Assembly: GCA_963555815.3 (NCBI GenBank)
Contig: CAUVWX020000001.1
Coordinates: 160,001-224,000, forward strand
From: a bacterium
GTDB taxonomy: Bacteria > UBA8248 > JACPRG01 > G963555815
DNA length: 64,000 bases
Direction of reading: 5' to 3'
Shown: positions 29,804 to 39,245 of the stretch, piece by piece
Numbering within the stretch: position 1 is the stretch's first letter
Layout of the letters: every line of letters begins with the position of its first letter
The notes under the pieces: model-generated
What the model saw: only the letters and a program-made list of their open reading frames with translations
Databases searched by the model: none
What the model was told of the DNA's origin: nothing
Program-made: the position numbers and the translations under genes

Positions 29804-31522
29804 ATGCTGAATAACCAGATCGCGGACCTCTTTGAAGCCATTGCAGATATCCTGGACCTAAAGGGCGAAAATCCCTTTCGGGTCTCTGCCTATCGGCGGG
29901 CAGCCCGTTCCCTGCGGGACCTCTCTGAAGCGGTCGAGGCAGTGGCCGCTCGAGATGCGCTCCAAACCCTCCCCGGGATAGAGAAAGACCTTGCCCTGAA
30001 AACCCAGGCCTATATCGAAACGGGCAAGATAGAACAGTACGAGAAGCTGAGACAAGAATTCCCCCCAGACCTCTTGGATCTCCTCCATCTCCCAGGACTT
30101 GGCCCAAAGACCCTCGCCCTGTTTCATCGGAAGCTCGGGATCTTAAATGCGGACGACCTTCAGGCCGCCATAGAGAGCGGGCGTCTCCTGGCGCTTCCCG
30201 GGGTCAAAGAGAAGACGGTGGAGAACCTCCAAAAGGGTCTGGTCCTTCGGGCCAGCGGGGCTGGGCGCAGACTCCTGGGAGAGGTCTACCCTATCGTGCA
30301 GGAACTCCTTCATGCCGTTCGATCGCTCCCTGGAGTGACACGGGCGGACGCGGCCGGCTCGGTCCGGCGGATGAGAGAAACCATCGGAGACGTAGACCTG
30401 GTGGCGGCCTCGAAAAATGGCGGGGCGGTGGTCCAGGGTTTCAGACGGCTTTCCCCCGTGAAAGAAGTCCTAGCGGCGGGAAAAATCAAGGGGAGCGTCC
30501 GTCTTGAGGGTGGCCTCCAGGTCGATCTCCGCGTCGTCCAGCAGAAGGACTATGGAGCTGCCCTCCACTACTTCACCGGCTCACAGGCCCATAACGTCCG
30601 CGTGCGGGGCCTCGCCCGAAACCAGGGGCTCAAGATCAATGAATATGGGGTCTTTCGAGGAAAGAAAAGGGTGGCCGGGGCGACGGAGGAAGACGTGTAC
30701 AGCGCCCTGGGCCTGAACTACATCGAGCCGGAGCTCCGAGAGGACCGGGGGGAGGTGGAGGCGGCGGGCTCCCACGAATTGCCGCGCCTCATCGAGGAAT
30801 CAGACCTGCGAGGGGGCCTTCACGTCCACTCGAACTGGAGCGACGGTCAGGGAACCCTGCGAGAGGTGGCCGAGCGTGCGGCGGCCCGGGGCTACGCCTA
30901 CGTCGGGATCACCGATCATTCCTACTCCTCCCGCGTCGCCCGCGGGCTTTCGGCGGAACGCCTCTGGAAGAAGCTGGAGGTGGTGGATGCACTCAATCGG
31001 GAGGGCCTCGGAGTTCGGATCCTCCGGGCGGCCGAGGTGGACATCCGAACAGGCGGGGGCCTCGATTACGACGATGACCTCCTCTCGGCCCTACATCTTG
31101 TCATCGTGTCGATCTATAGTGATTTCAAACAGTCAGCGGACCAGATGACGGGCCGGATCCTGGATGCCTTAGATCACCCCGCCGTCCACCTACTGGCTCA
31201 TCCGACAGGACGGCTCATCCAGGCCCGAGAAGCTTACGCCCTGGACCTGGATCGCGTCCTGGCCCGGGCGGCCGAGCGCGGGGTGGCCCTCGAGATCAAC
31301 GGGGCCCCTAAGCGTCTTGACCTGAACGACGTCCAAGCGAAGCGGGCCAAGGAGATGGGGGTCCTCCTGGCCCTCGGGTCGGACGCTCACAGGCTGGACA
31401 CCATCGGCCGGATGACTTACGCCGTTGGCCAAGCCAGACGCGCCTGGGTGGAGAAGAAGCATGTCGTGAACACGAAAACTCTCAAGCAACTCTTGAAGTG
31501 GCTTGACCGAAGGCGGACCTGA
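29804..31522 (+). CDS. polX: DNA polymerase X family with C-terminal PHP domain
   Basis: GENPFRVSAYRRA, GSVRR, GDVD, YFTGS, LHVHS...TDH...GSDAH. Confidence 0.95.
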   Translation: MLNNQIADLFEAIADILDLKGENPFRVSAYRRAARSLRDLSEAVEAVAARDALQTLPGIEKDLALKTQAYIETGKIEQYEKLRQEFPPDLLDLLHLPGLGPKTLALFHRKLGILNADDLQAAIESGRLLALPGVKEKTVENLQKGLVLRASGAGRRLLGEVYPIVQELLHAVRSLPGVTRADAAGSVRRMRETIGDVDLVAASKNGGAVVQGFRRLSPVKEVLAAGKIKGSVRLEGGLQVDLRVVQQKDYGAALHYFTGSQAHNVRVRGLARNQGLKINEYGVFRGKKRVAGATEEDVYSALGLNYIEPELREDRGEVEAAGSHELPRLIEESDLRGGLHVHSNWSDGQGTLREVAERAAARGYAYVGITDHSYSSRVARGLSAERLWKKLEVVDALNREGLGVRILRAAEVDIRTGGGLDYDDDLLSALHLVIVSIYSDFKQSADQMTGRILDALDHPAVHLLAHPTGRLIQAREAYALDLDRVLARAAERGVALEINGAPKRLDLNDVQAKRAKEMGVLLALGSDAHRLDTIGRMTYAVGQARRAWVEKKHVVNTKTLKQLLKWLDRRRT

Positions 31523-31527
31523 GCAGG

Positions 31528-32886
31528 TCAGAGGAGGAGCCAGGCGGCGATACTGAAATAGATCAGGCTGCTAACGATGTCGATGGTGGTCGAGACAAAG
31601 GGCTGGGTGGCCACGGCCGGATCAATCTGCAGGCGGTGGAAGAGGAGGGGGAGAAAGGCCCCCCAGACGGAAGCAGCAATCATGGCCCCCGAGATGGCGG
31701 CCCCTACCGTAACGCTGAACCACTTGATGTCCGAGACATAGAAGTAGGCGAGAATGCCCAAGAGGACGCCCAGGGTAAGGGCCAACAGGGCGCCCACCCG
31801 CAACTGCTTCCAAAGGATCTGCCACCATTTCTTGGGATCCAGGCGGCCCGTGGCAATGCCACGGACCACGATGGTGGCCGCCTGAGAGCCCACGTTCCCT
31901 CCCATCCCCAGAATCACAGGCATGAAGGCGGCCAGGATGACCAACTCACTGAGGAGGTCGGTGAACCGGCCGATGATCTGAATGGTGACGATCCCCCCGG
32001 CAAGACCTGCCAGGAGCCAGGGAAGGCGGTAGCGCGCCACTCGAAAGGCCGAACGGGTCAGGATCTCTTCGTCACGAGTCCCCGCCATCTTCAGGATGTC
32101 TTCTGTCGCTTCATCGCGCAGGACATCGATGACGTCATCTACGGTCACGATCCCCTCCAGCTTGTTGTCCTCATCCACTACGGGGACGGCCAGAAGGTTG
32201 TACCCTGAGACGAGGCGGGCCACCTCCTCCTGGTGGGTGTCGGTTCTGACCCGATAAACCTCCCGGCGCATGAAGGATTTCAGGGAGGCGGTGGGAGGGG
32301 AGAAAAGGAGCTGCCGCAGGGAGATGACCCCCTCCAGCCGGCCCAGGTCATCGACGACATAGATATAGAAGACCGTCTCCGCCTCGCTGGCCTTGCGGAC
32401 GGCCTTGATGGCGTCCTCAACGGAGGCATCCTTTTCCAGGGCCAGGAAGTGGGGGGTCATGATCCCCCCCGCCGTATCCTCGTCGTAGCGGAGGAGATCG
32501 GTCACAGGCTCCGCCATCCCCGCATGGAGGATATCCAGGATGCTGCGGGCCTGTTCCTCTGGGAGCATGCCGATGATGTCCGTCACATCATCGGCGTCCA
32601 TCTCCTGAAAAAAGGCGGCAATGTCCTTTGGCTCCCTCTTCTCCAGGATTTCCTGGACCGTGGGGGGATCGCACTCGCTCAGGATCTCTCCGGCTCGGGC
32701 GGGCGGGCCCACCAGCTCGAAGACCTGCCGTTTCTCGTCCAGCTCTAGCTGTCTAAGGAGATGGGCGACGTCAGAGGCGTGGAGTTTGTTGACGAGGTTG
32801 GTGATATGAGGAGAGGCCCCGCGACGCAAGAGGCGCCGGATAGAGTCTTGCGCCAGACTCAATCTGTGCTCGCTGGCTTGAACCAT
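31528..32886 (-). CDS. mgtE: Magnesium transporter MgtE
   Basis: N domain, CBS pair (TAGGIMT), RLPWL, GGNVGSQ, DPAVA. Confidence 0.96.
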   Translation of the reverse strand: MVQASEHRLSLAQDSIRRLLRRGASPHITNLVNKLHASDVAHLLRQLELDEKRQVFELVGPPARAGEILSECDPPTVQEILEKREPKDIAAFFQEMDADDVTDIIGMLPEEQARSILDILHAGMAEPVTDLLRYDEDTAGGIMTPHFLALEKDASVEDAIKAVRKASEAETVFYIYVVDDLGRLEGVISLRQLLFSPPTASLKSFMRREVYRVRTDTHQEEVARLVSGYNLLAVPVVDEDNKLEGIVTVDDVIDVLRDEATEDILKMAGTRDEEILTRSAFRVARYRLPWLLAGLAGGIVTIQIIGRFTDLLSELVILAAFMPVILGMGGNVGSQAATIVVRGIATGRLDPKKWWQILWKQLRVGALLALTLGVLLGILAYFYVSDIKWFSVTVGAAISGAMIAASVWGAFLPLLFHRLQIDPAVATQPFVSTTIDIVSSLIYFSIAAWLLL

Positions 32887-33134
32887 CGTTCGCCTCGATG
32901 GAAGGACCCCCCGTTGGGATATCGTAAAGTCCGCATCAATCTAGTCCCCGCCATCTGCGCTGTCAATTGACAATTGACCTGCGTGTGAGGCGAGGGGAAT
33001 CTGCGTTCAGTCGGGGCGGGATGGGGGAAACCTATCGAAACACCCTTGTCTCAAAAGGGACGGGTGATTATGATAGCAATGAGTGTGAACAGTTGTTTTT
33101 TTAGTCCGTTTGTCCTGGGACGGGAGTTCTAGCC

Positions 33135-34805
33135 ATCCGCAAGGTCCACGGTCATCTCACCGGGCTTAAGTCCCACCAGCTCAAACGCCTAGAACACCTC
33201 TACCGGCGTAAAATTCCCTCCGAGCGAGTGATCACCTGGGAGGCGGGACGGGCCCTTTGCGAGCTCTCCGCTGAGCTCCGCCGTCAGGTCGCCCTCCTCA
33301 TCGATCGGAGCGGGGTAGTTTCCCACGTCATCGTCGGAGACGCTAAGGGGATCTTCATCCCGGACCTCAAGCGCGCCCGTTCGAGCGGCGAGCGCCTTCG
33401 CGGGCTCAGGTGTGTTCATACCCATCTCAAGGGAGAGCGGCTGAGTCAGGATGACCTGACAGATCTCGCCCTCCTCCGTCTGGATCTCATGGCCGCCGTC
33501 ACGGTGGGAAAGGGGCCCCCTCCCCTGCCGGGGATAATCCACCTGGCCCACCTTCTTCCGGAAAATCCCCAGGACAAGCGCTGGGAAGTGCTCGCCCCTG
33601 TCCCCCTGGAGCGCTTCGACCTGGACTGCGCCTCGCTCATTGAGCACCTCGAGCGGGAATTGACCAGGGCCCAGGGGGTCCGGACGGTCGAGGACGGGAG
33701 CGAGCGAGTCATTCTCATCCATGTGGCCACGCCTCAGGACAGAGACCCCGAGACTTCCCTGGAGGAGCTGAGGGAACTGTCTCGCTCCAGCGGCCTCGTC
33801 ATCTTAGACGCCCTCGTCCAGCGACGCCCCGCGCCGGACCCGAAGACCCTCGTTGGCCCCGGCAAACTCAAGGAGCTGGTCATCAAGGCACAACAATTAG
33901 GAGCCGACCTTCTCCTTTTTGACCAGGAACTGACGCCGGCTCAGGTCCGCTCCCTCTCGGAATTGACGGATATGAAAGTCATCGACCGGACCCAGCTCAT
34001 CCTGGACATCTTCGCCCAGAGGGCCAAGAGCCGAGACGGGAAACTCCAGGTGGAGATGGCGCAACTCAAATATCTCCTGCCCCGCCTGGTGACCCAGGAC
34101 CGGGCGCTCTCCCGTCTGGCCGGGGGGATCGGGACGCGAGGACCGGGTGAGACGAAGCTCGAGATTGACCGGCGCCGAGTCCGAGATCGAATCCATCGAT
34201 TGGAGAAAGCGCTCAAGGCCCTCGATCAAGGCCGGGGTCAGAGACGTCACAAAAGGAAGCGAAGGGGACTCCCCATCCTGTCCATCGTGGGATATACGAA
34301 CGCCGGGAAGTCCACCCTTTTGAACACCCTCACCCAAAGTCATCTCCCCGTCGAGGACCGCCTCTTCGAGACGCTGGACCCTGCCAGCCGTCGGCTCCGA
34401 TTCCCACGGGATATGGAGGTCATCGTCACGGACACGGTGGGCTTCATCCGGGATCTCCCGCGGGAGCTTCTGACGGCCTTCCGGGCAACGCTGGTAGAAC
34501 TTGAGGATGCGGACCTACTCCTTCATGTGGTGGACGTCAGCAATCCTCAGTTTGAAGACCAGATGGGGGCTGTGGAGGAACTTCTGGACGCCCTCGGGCT
34601 GAGTAAGATTCCCCGCCTTCGGGTTTTCAACAAGATGGACCGTGTGGAGCCAGCCTTAGTGAAGGCCATCTGCCGGCGCTACGATGCCGTCCCCATCCAC
34701 GCCCTGGACGCCGAAACCCTTCGCCCACTGATCGACCGGGCCCAAGCCCTCCTCTGGCGCAAGTTCCACCCTGAGGTCTCAGCCAAAGCACTCGCCCTTC
34801 GCTAG
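33135..34805 (+). CDS. hflX: GTPase HflX, long form; probable ATC start
   Basis: HTH-containing N domain, GIGTRGPGETKLE, GYTNAGKS, DTVGFI, NKMD; in-frame extension from ATC 33135 behind GGGAG (ORF track starts at 33228). Confidence 0.93.
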   Translation: MRKVHGHLTGLKSHQLKRLEHLYRRKIPSERVITWEAGRALCELSAELRRQVALLIDRSGVVSHVIVGDAKGIFIPDLKRARSSGERLRGLRCVHTHLKGERLSQDDLTDLALLRLDLMAAVTVGKGPPPLPGIIHLAHLLPENPQDKRWEVLAPVPLERFDLDCASLIEHLERELTRAQGVRTVEDGSERVILIHVATPQDRDPETSLEELRELSRSSGLVILDALVQRRPAPDPKTLVGPGKLKELVIKAQQLGADLLLFDQELTPAQVRSLSELTDMKVIDRTQLILDIFAQRAKSRDGKLQVEMAQLKYLLPRLVTQDRALSRLAGGIGTRGPGETKLEIDRRRVRDRIHRLEKALKALDQGRGQRRHKRKRRGLPILSIVGYTNAGKSTLLNTLTQSHLPVEDRLFETLDPASRRLRFPRDMEVIVTDTVGFIRDLPRELLTAFRATLVELEDADLLLHVVDVSNPQFEDQMGAVEELLDALGLSKIPRLRVFNKMDRVEPALVKAICRRYDAVPIHALDAETLRPLIDRAQALLWRKFHPEVSAKALALR

Positions 34806-34833
34806 AAAGTGATTGGGAATCTCAGAGATTTTC

Positions 34834-37572
34834 TTACCTTCCCTCGGGGTAGGTCCCATCGTCGGGTTTGACCATCCCGATGGTGTAGGCGTCTACCGGG
34901 AGGTATTGACGGGCAACCCTCAGGACATCCTCCGCCGTCACGGACTCGATATGCTGCGCGTAGCGCTGGAAGGCGTCGTAACCTAAGCCGTAGCGTTCGT
35001 TAAAGGCCATGTCTGCAGCCTGGGCGGAGTTCTCCTGGAGGCCGATCTCAAAAGAGCCGATGAGAAGCCGCTTCGCCCGGGAGAGCTCCTCCTCTGAGAT
35101 GGAAGAAGTCCTGAGTTTTTCGAGTTCCTCCAGAGCGGCCGTGGTCGCCTGCTCGACCTTTTCAGGGCTCACCCCCAAATAGACCCCAAGGACTCCCGGG
35201 TCCAGACCCAGCCGTGAAAAACCCGACAGGGAGTAGGCGAGGCTTTGCTTGTCCCGAAGTTCCACAAAGAGGCGGCCGCCCTGATTGGAGAGGACGGCGT
35301 CCAGCACCTCTAATGGGTAGCGGTCGGGATCATCGAGCGTCGTCCCGAGGAAACCGATGATCAGGTGGGCCTGTTGCTTGTCACGGTGGCGAACGCTTCG
35401 CTGGACGGTGCTCGGGGCCTCCACGGCCGGAAGTTGCGGAGGCTGAAATCCCCGCCTCTCCATCCCGCCGAAATATTGCTGGACGAGTCGAAGGACGTCT
35501 TGCCTTCGAACATCTCCCACCACAGCGAGGACGAGGTTTTCGGGATCAACAAGGCGCCGATAATAGTCGAGGAGGTCTTCTCGCTTCAGGGCCGTCACAG
35601 ACTTCTCAGTTCCGATGACGGGCATTCCGTAGGGGTGTTCGGGATAAAGGGTCTCAGAAAAAAGCTGGAAGGCGTATTGGACCAGGTTGTCCTCCTGGCG
35701 TTTGATGGCGGCCAGGATGTTACGGCGACTCTTTTCCATCTCGGATGGATCAAAGGTAGGGTGAAGAAGGACGTCCGAGAAGATTTCTAGGAGCCGCTCG
35801 AAGCTCCCGCTAAGACCCTCGGCCTCCACCCCAAAGCTGTTGCGCCCGGAAAAGCCGCCCAGGCCGGCGGCCATAGACTCAACGAGGGTGGCCAGGGTGG
35901 CCGCGTCCCGGGTCTCGGTCCCCTGGGTCAGCATGTCGGCCATGAAGTTGTTGATCCCGTTCGTCCTCTCGTCCTCAAATCGAAGGCCCCCAAGGAATAC
36001 GGCTCGAAGTGCGACGAGGGGGACCGAGGGGTTTTCCTTCACAAGGAGGGTCAGGCCGTTTGGGAGGACCTCGCGGTGCACCCCATCGGTCGTTGGAGCG
36101 AGGGGGGCAACCTCTTCCTCAATCACACCTGCGGTGGCCGCTACCGGTGACAAGTCGGAAGAGATCTCCTCCCTGGCCTCGGCGGCCTCGGTCTCAGCCG
36201 CCTCAGCCTCCCGGCGGACGGTCGCCTCATCCAATGCCCCCCCCTCCTCTTCGGGGAGGAGAATCGCGACGGTGAGGTTGTCGCCCCTGAGATACCTTTC
36301 TGCCACCTCACGAACATCCTCCGCCGTGACGGCACGGACCCCATGGAGGTACCTTTGCCCAAAGTTAATGTCCCCGGCCACGGTCTCAAAAGACCCCAGG
36401 CTTTGTGCCTGTCCCTGAACGGTTTCTTGGCGGTAGACGAAGTCGGCCTCGACGTTGGTCTTGGCCTTTTCGAGCTCGGTGGGCGAGACGGGCTGATGAC
36501 GAAACCGGTAGAGGGTTTTCAGGATGGCTCGAAGGGCCATCGGAGTCTGGGCGGGCTCAAGCGTCGCCCCGGCCACGAAGACGCCCGCGTTCTTGGGCGT
36601 GAACGAAGAGGCGGAGACAGAGTAGACGAGTTCTTGTTCGGCCTTGACGTCCCGGTAGAGACGCGAGCTCTCCCCCTGACCCGCAATGATCGCCAACACA
36701 TCCAGGGCATAGACATCTTCATGAATCAGGGCGGGGATATGGAAAGCGAGTTCGAGATGGGCCTCCTTCACAGGGTCCGTCAGGAAGGTGACTCGAAGAC
36801 CCTCCTGGGTGGGCTCGGCTGGCCGTTCCCGCGGGGGCGGAAAAGGTCGAGAGAAAGTGGAAAAGGCATTTTTAATCTTGGGCAGGGCCTCCCTGGCGTC
36901 AAAATCCCCCGCCACGACCAAGGACATGTTCTCAGGGGCGTACCAGCGGCGATAAAAGTCCAGGATGAAGGGACGGCTGAAACCTCGGATCCTGTCTGCG
37001 TAACCGATGACCGGCCTCCGGTAGGGATGGACCCGGTAGCTCTCGCCAAAGAGGGCTTGGGCGACCTGCCGGCCGGGGCGGTCCTCCCCCCGTTTCACCT
37101 CCTCGATGACCACCTCCAGCTCCTTCTCGAGTTCGTCCGGGTCAAAGGAGGAATTCTGGATGGCGTCAGCGATGATGTCGAGGCCGACGTCAAAGAACCG
37201 GCTGGCGAGGACGATATGATAGACGGTCTGGTCAAAGGAGGTGAAGGCGTTGATGTTTCCTCCGGCCCCTTCCACCTCCTGGGCAATCTGCCCCACTCCC
37301 CGCCGCTCGGTCCCCTTGAAGATCATGTGCTCCAGGACGTGGGCCAGACCCGCTTCGGCGTCCGACTCGTCTGCGCTCCCCACCTTGACCCAGATGTTGA
37401 AGGCCACAACGGGGGCCGAGCGCACCTCCTGGAGAATGACCGTAAGACCGTTATCGAGAGTCACCCTAATGGGTTTCAAACCCTCGCGTGTCGCACCTGC
37501 CGAAGGCACTGGCAGACCCAGAAAAGAAATCAGCATGAACCCTCCCAGCCCCCTCAAGAGTCCTCGGGTCAT
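34834..37572 (-). CDS. M16 family zinc peptidase (two-module, PqqL-like), secreted
   Basis: HVLEH (HxxEH), NAFTS, second degenerate module; signal peptide after ATG 37572. Confidence 0.92.
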   Translation of the reverse strand: MTRGLLRGLGGFMLISFLGLPVPSAGATREGLKPIRVTLDNGLTVILQEVRSAPVVAFNIWVKVGSADESDAEAGLAHVLEHMIFKGTERRGVGQIAQEVEGAGGNINAFTSFDQTVYHIVLASRFFDVGLDIIADAIQNSSFDPDELEKELEVVIEEVKRGEDRPGRQVAQALFGESYRVHPYRRPVIGYADRIRGFSRPFILDFYRRWYAPENMSLVVAGDFDAREALPKIKNAFSTFSRPFPPPRERPAEPTQEGLRVTFLTDPVKEAHLELAFHIPALIHEDVYALDVLAIIAGQGESSRLYRDVKAEQELVYSVSASSFTPKNAGVFVAGATLEPAQTPMALRAILKTLYRFRHQPVSPTELEKAKTNVEADFVYRQETVQGQAQSLGSFETVAGDINFGQRYLHGVRAVTAEDVREVAERYLRGDNLTVAILLPEEEGGALDEATVRREAEAAETEAAEAREEISSDLSPVAATAGVIEEEVAPLAPTTDGVHREVLPNGLTLLVKENPSVPLVALRAVFLGGLRFEDERTNGINNFMADMLTQGTETRDAATLATLVESMAAGLGGFSGRNSFGVEAEGLSGSFERLLEIFSDVLLHPTFDPSEMEKSRRNILAAIKRQEDNLVQYAFQLFSETLYPEHPYGMPVIGTEKSVTALKREDLLDYYRRLVDPENLVLAVVGDVRRQDVLRLVQQYFGGMERRGFQPPQLPAVEAPSTVQRSVRHRDKQQAHLIIGFLGTTLDDPDRYPLEVLDAVLSNQGGRLFVELRDKQSLAYSLSGFSRLGLDPGVLGVYLGVSPEKVEQATTAALEELEKLRTSSISEEELSRAKRLLIGSFEIGLQENSAQAADMAFNERYGLGYDAFQRYAQHIESVTAEDVLRVARQYLPVDAYTIGMVKPDDGTYPEGR

Positions 37573-37725
37573 TACGTCCCTTCCTTTCCACGTTCTCCCC
37601 GGCCCTTTATTGAGCCGAGCCTGGAGTTTGTCAAGGGGAGCAAAATTTCCCAAAGGAATCAAGTGCCTTCGGCCTTTGCGCCCTGTCATCTCTGATGTCG
37701 AACCGGACTGGGTCCCTCAAGCTCG

Positions 37726-37755
37726 TTGACACGCCTTTCCCCAGCCCACTATCAT
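37726..37755 (+). promoter_or_regulatory. Sigma70-type promoter
   Basis: TTGACA-18 nt-TATCAT, followed by leader hairpin AGGTGCAA...TTGCACCT (37770-37798). Confidence 0.45.
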
Positions 37756-37835
37756 CATTTTACAAGGTCAGGTGCAAATGAGAAATTTCCTTGCACCTCT
37801 GGAAGCCCACTTGGATGATGAGGAGGGCCGAGAAG

Positions 37836-38069
37836 ATGGCTGTAGACGCCTATGTTCTGGTCGATATGGCTGGCGGGAAGACCCGTGTGGTCCTCAATAA
37901 AATCGCAAAGCTGAAGGGTGTCCGCTCGGCACAGGCGGTGACAGGACCCCACGACGCCATCGTTCAGGTCCGGGCGGCCGACATGATAAAACTCGGCCAC
38001 CTGGTGATGAACCAGATCCGAGGAATCAGCGGGGTGGGGCGCACCCTCACCTGCGTCGTGGCGGACTGA
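37836..38069 (+). CDS. Stand-alone Lrp/AsnC ligand-binding domain protein
   Basis: AYVLV...VTGPHDAIVQV...IRGISGVGRTLTC; no HTH; AGGAGG RBS. Confidence 0.85.
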   Translation: MAVDAYVLVDMAGGKTRVVLNKIAKLKGVRSAQAVTGPHDAIVQVRAADMIKLGHLVMNQIRGISGVGRTLTCVVAD

Positions 38070-38079
38070 GCCCAACGAT

Positions 38080-39111
38080 ATGAAGGCTATCCTCTTAAAA
38101 GAACACGGGGGAGCTGATCGCTTGAAGCTGGAAGAGGTCCCCGACCTCTCCCCAGGCTCCCGGGAGGCCGTGGTGAGGGTCAAGGCCTGCGGTCTGAACC
38201 ACCTTGACCTCTTTGTCCGGGAAGGGAAGCTCCCGATCCCCATCCCCCTGCCCCACATCCTGGGGTCGGAAATGGCAGGCGAGATCCTTGCCATCGGCCC
38301 CGAAGTCGAGGGTTTCGCCGAAGGGGACCGGGTCGCGGTCCTCTCCCGGATCGGGTGTGAGAAGTGCGAATTCTGCAAGACGGGGGAGGCGAACCTCTGC
38401 CTGGATAGCCACTCTCTCGGGATTGACCTCCCGGGGGGTTACGCAGAGCAGGTGGCCGTCCCCGCCTCAAACCTTCTGCCCCTGCCAGAGGGGGTGTCCT
38501 ATGTCAACGCAGGAGGCGCAAGCCTCTCGGCACTGACGGCCTGGCACATGCTGGTGGGACGGGCGAAGATACAGCCGGGCGAGGTGGTCCTCATCTTGGC
38601 GGCCGGGAGTGGGATCGGCAGTGCAGCGGTCCAGATCGCGAAGGCCCTGGGGGCGAGGGTCATCGCCACTGCAGGGGGGGAGCAAAAATCCGAGAAGGCG
38701 AGGACCCTTGGAGCCGACGAGGTCATCGACCATCGGGCGAAAGACCTCGCGAAGGAGGCTCGCCGGTTGACGGACCGCCGGGGCGTCGATGTGGTCTTTG
38801 AGCACATCGGGGCCGATACTTTCGGGAAATCCCTGGAGGCTCTTTCGCGAAACGGCCGCCTTGTGATTTGCGGAGCCCACACGGGGAGCCGCGTGGAGAT
38901 GGACCTTTGGCGACTCTTCGCAAAACAGATCTCCATCATCGGCTCCTATTACGGCACCCGCGAGGAACTCCAAGAGGTCCTCATGATGATGGCCCTGGGC
39001 AAGCTTCGGACCGTCGTCCACGAAACCTATCCCCTTTCCGGGGCGGCCGAGGCCCAGCGTCTGATGGAGGCAAGAGGGCAGTTCGGAAAGCTCATCCTGA
39101 CGCCGAACTAG
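38080..39111 (+). CDS. Zinc-binding alcohol dehydrogenase / quinone oxidoreductase (MDR)
   Basis: GLNHLD, GSE, CEKCEFC...C structural Zn, AAGSGIG, GKLIL. Confidence 0.9.
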   Translation: MKAILLKEHGGADRLKLEEVPDLSPGSREAVVRVKACGLNHLDLFVREGKLPIPIPLPHILGSEMAGEILAIGPEVEGFAEGDRVAVLSRIGCEKCEFCKTGEANLCLDSHSLGIDLPGGYAEQVAVPASNLLPLPEGVSYVNAGGASLSALTAWHMLVGRAKIQPGEVVLILAAGSGIGSAAVQIAKALGARVIATAGGEQKSEKARTLGADEVIDHRAKDLAKEARRLTDRRGVDVVFEHIGADTFGKSLEALSRNGRLVICGAHTGSRVEMDLWRLFAKQISIIGSYYGTREELQEVLMMMALGKLRTVVHETYPLSGAAEAQRLMEARGQFGKLILTPN

Positions 39112-39245
39112 TCTGACTTGACGAGCCTGGGGGGCTTTAAGATAGGGTGAGAAAGCGGTTCACACGCCAGGGCGTGGTCATGAGTCATATCCGGCGTTTG
39201 GTCTGAGATCTAACCTGGAAGAAACTTGAGGCAAGAGGTTTTGAC

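Noticed and set aside
29685..30107. Long N-terminal extension of the DUF3179 ORF
   Set aside because: Overlaps polX antisense; a better RBS/ATG with a TM leader lies at 29684
32887..33134. M-box or other riboswitch ahead of mgtE; T-boxes ahead of ileS and trpS
   Set aside because: No recognisable consensus; the ileS and trpS leaders are too short for T-boxes
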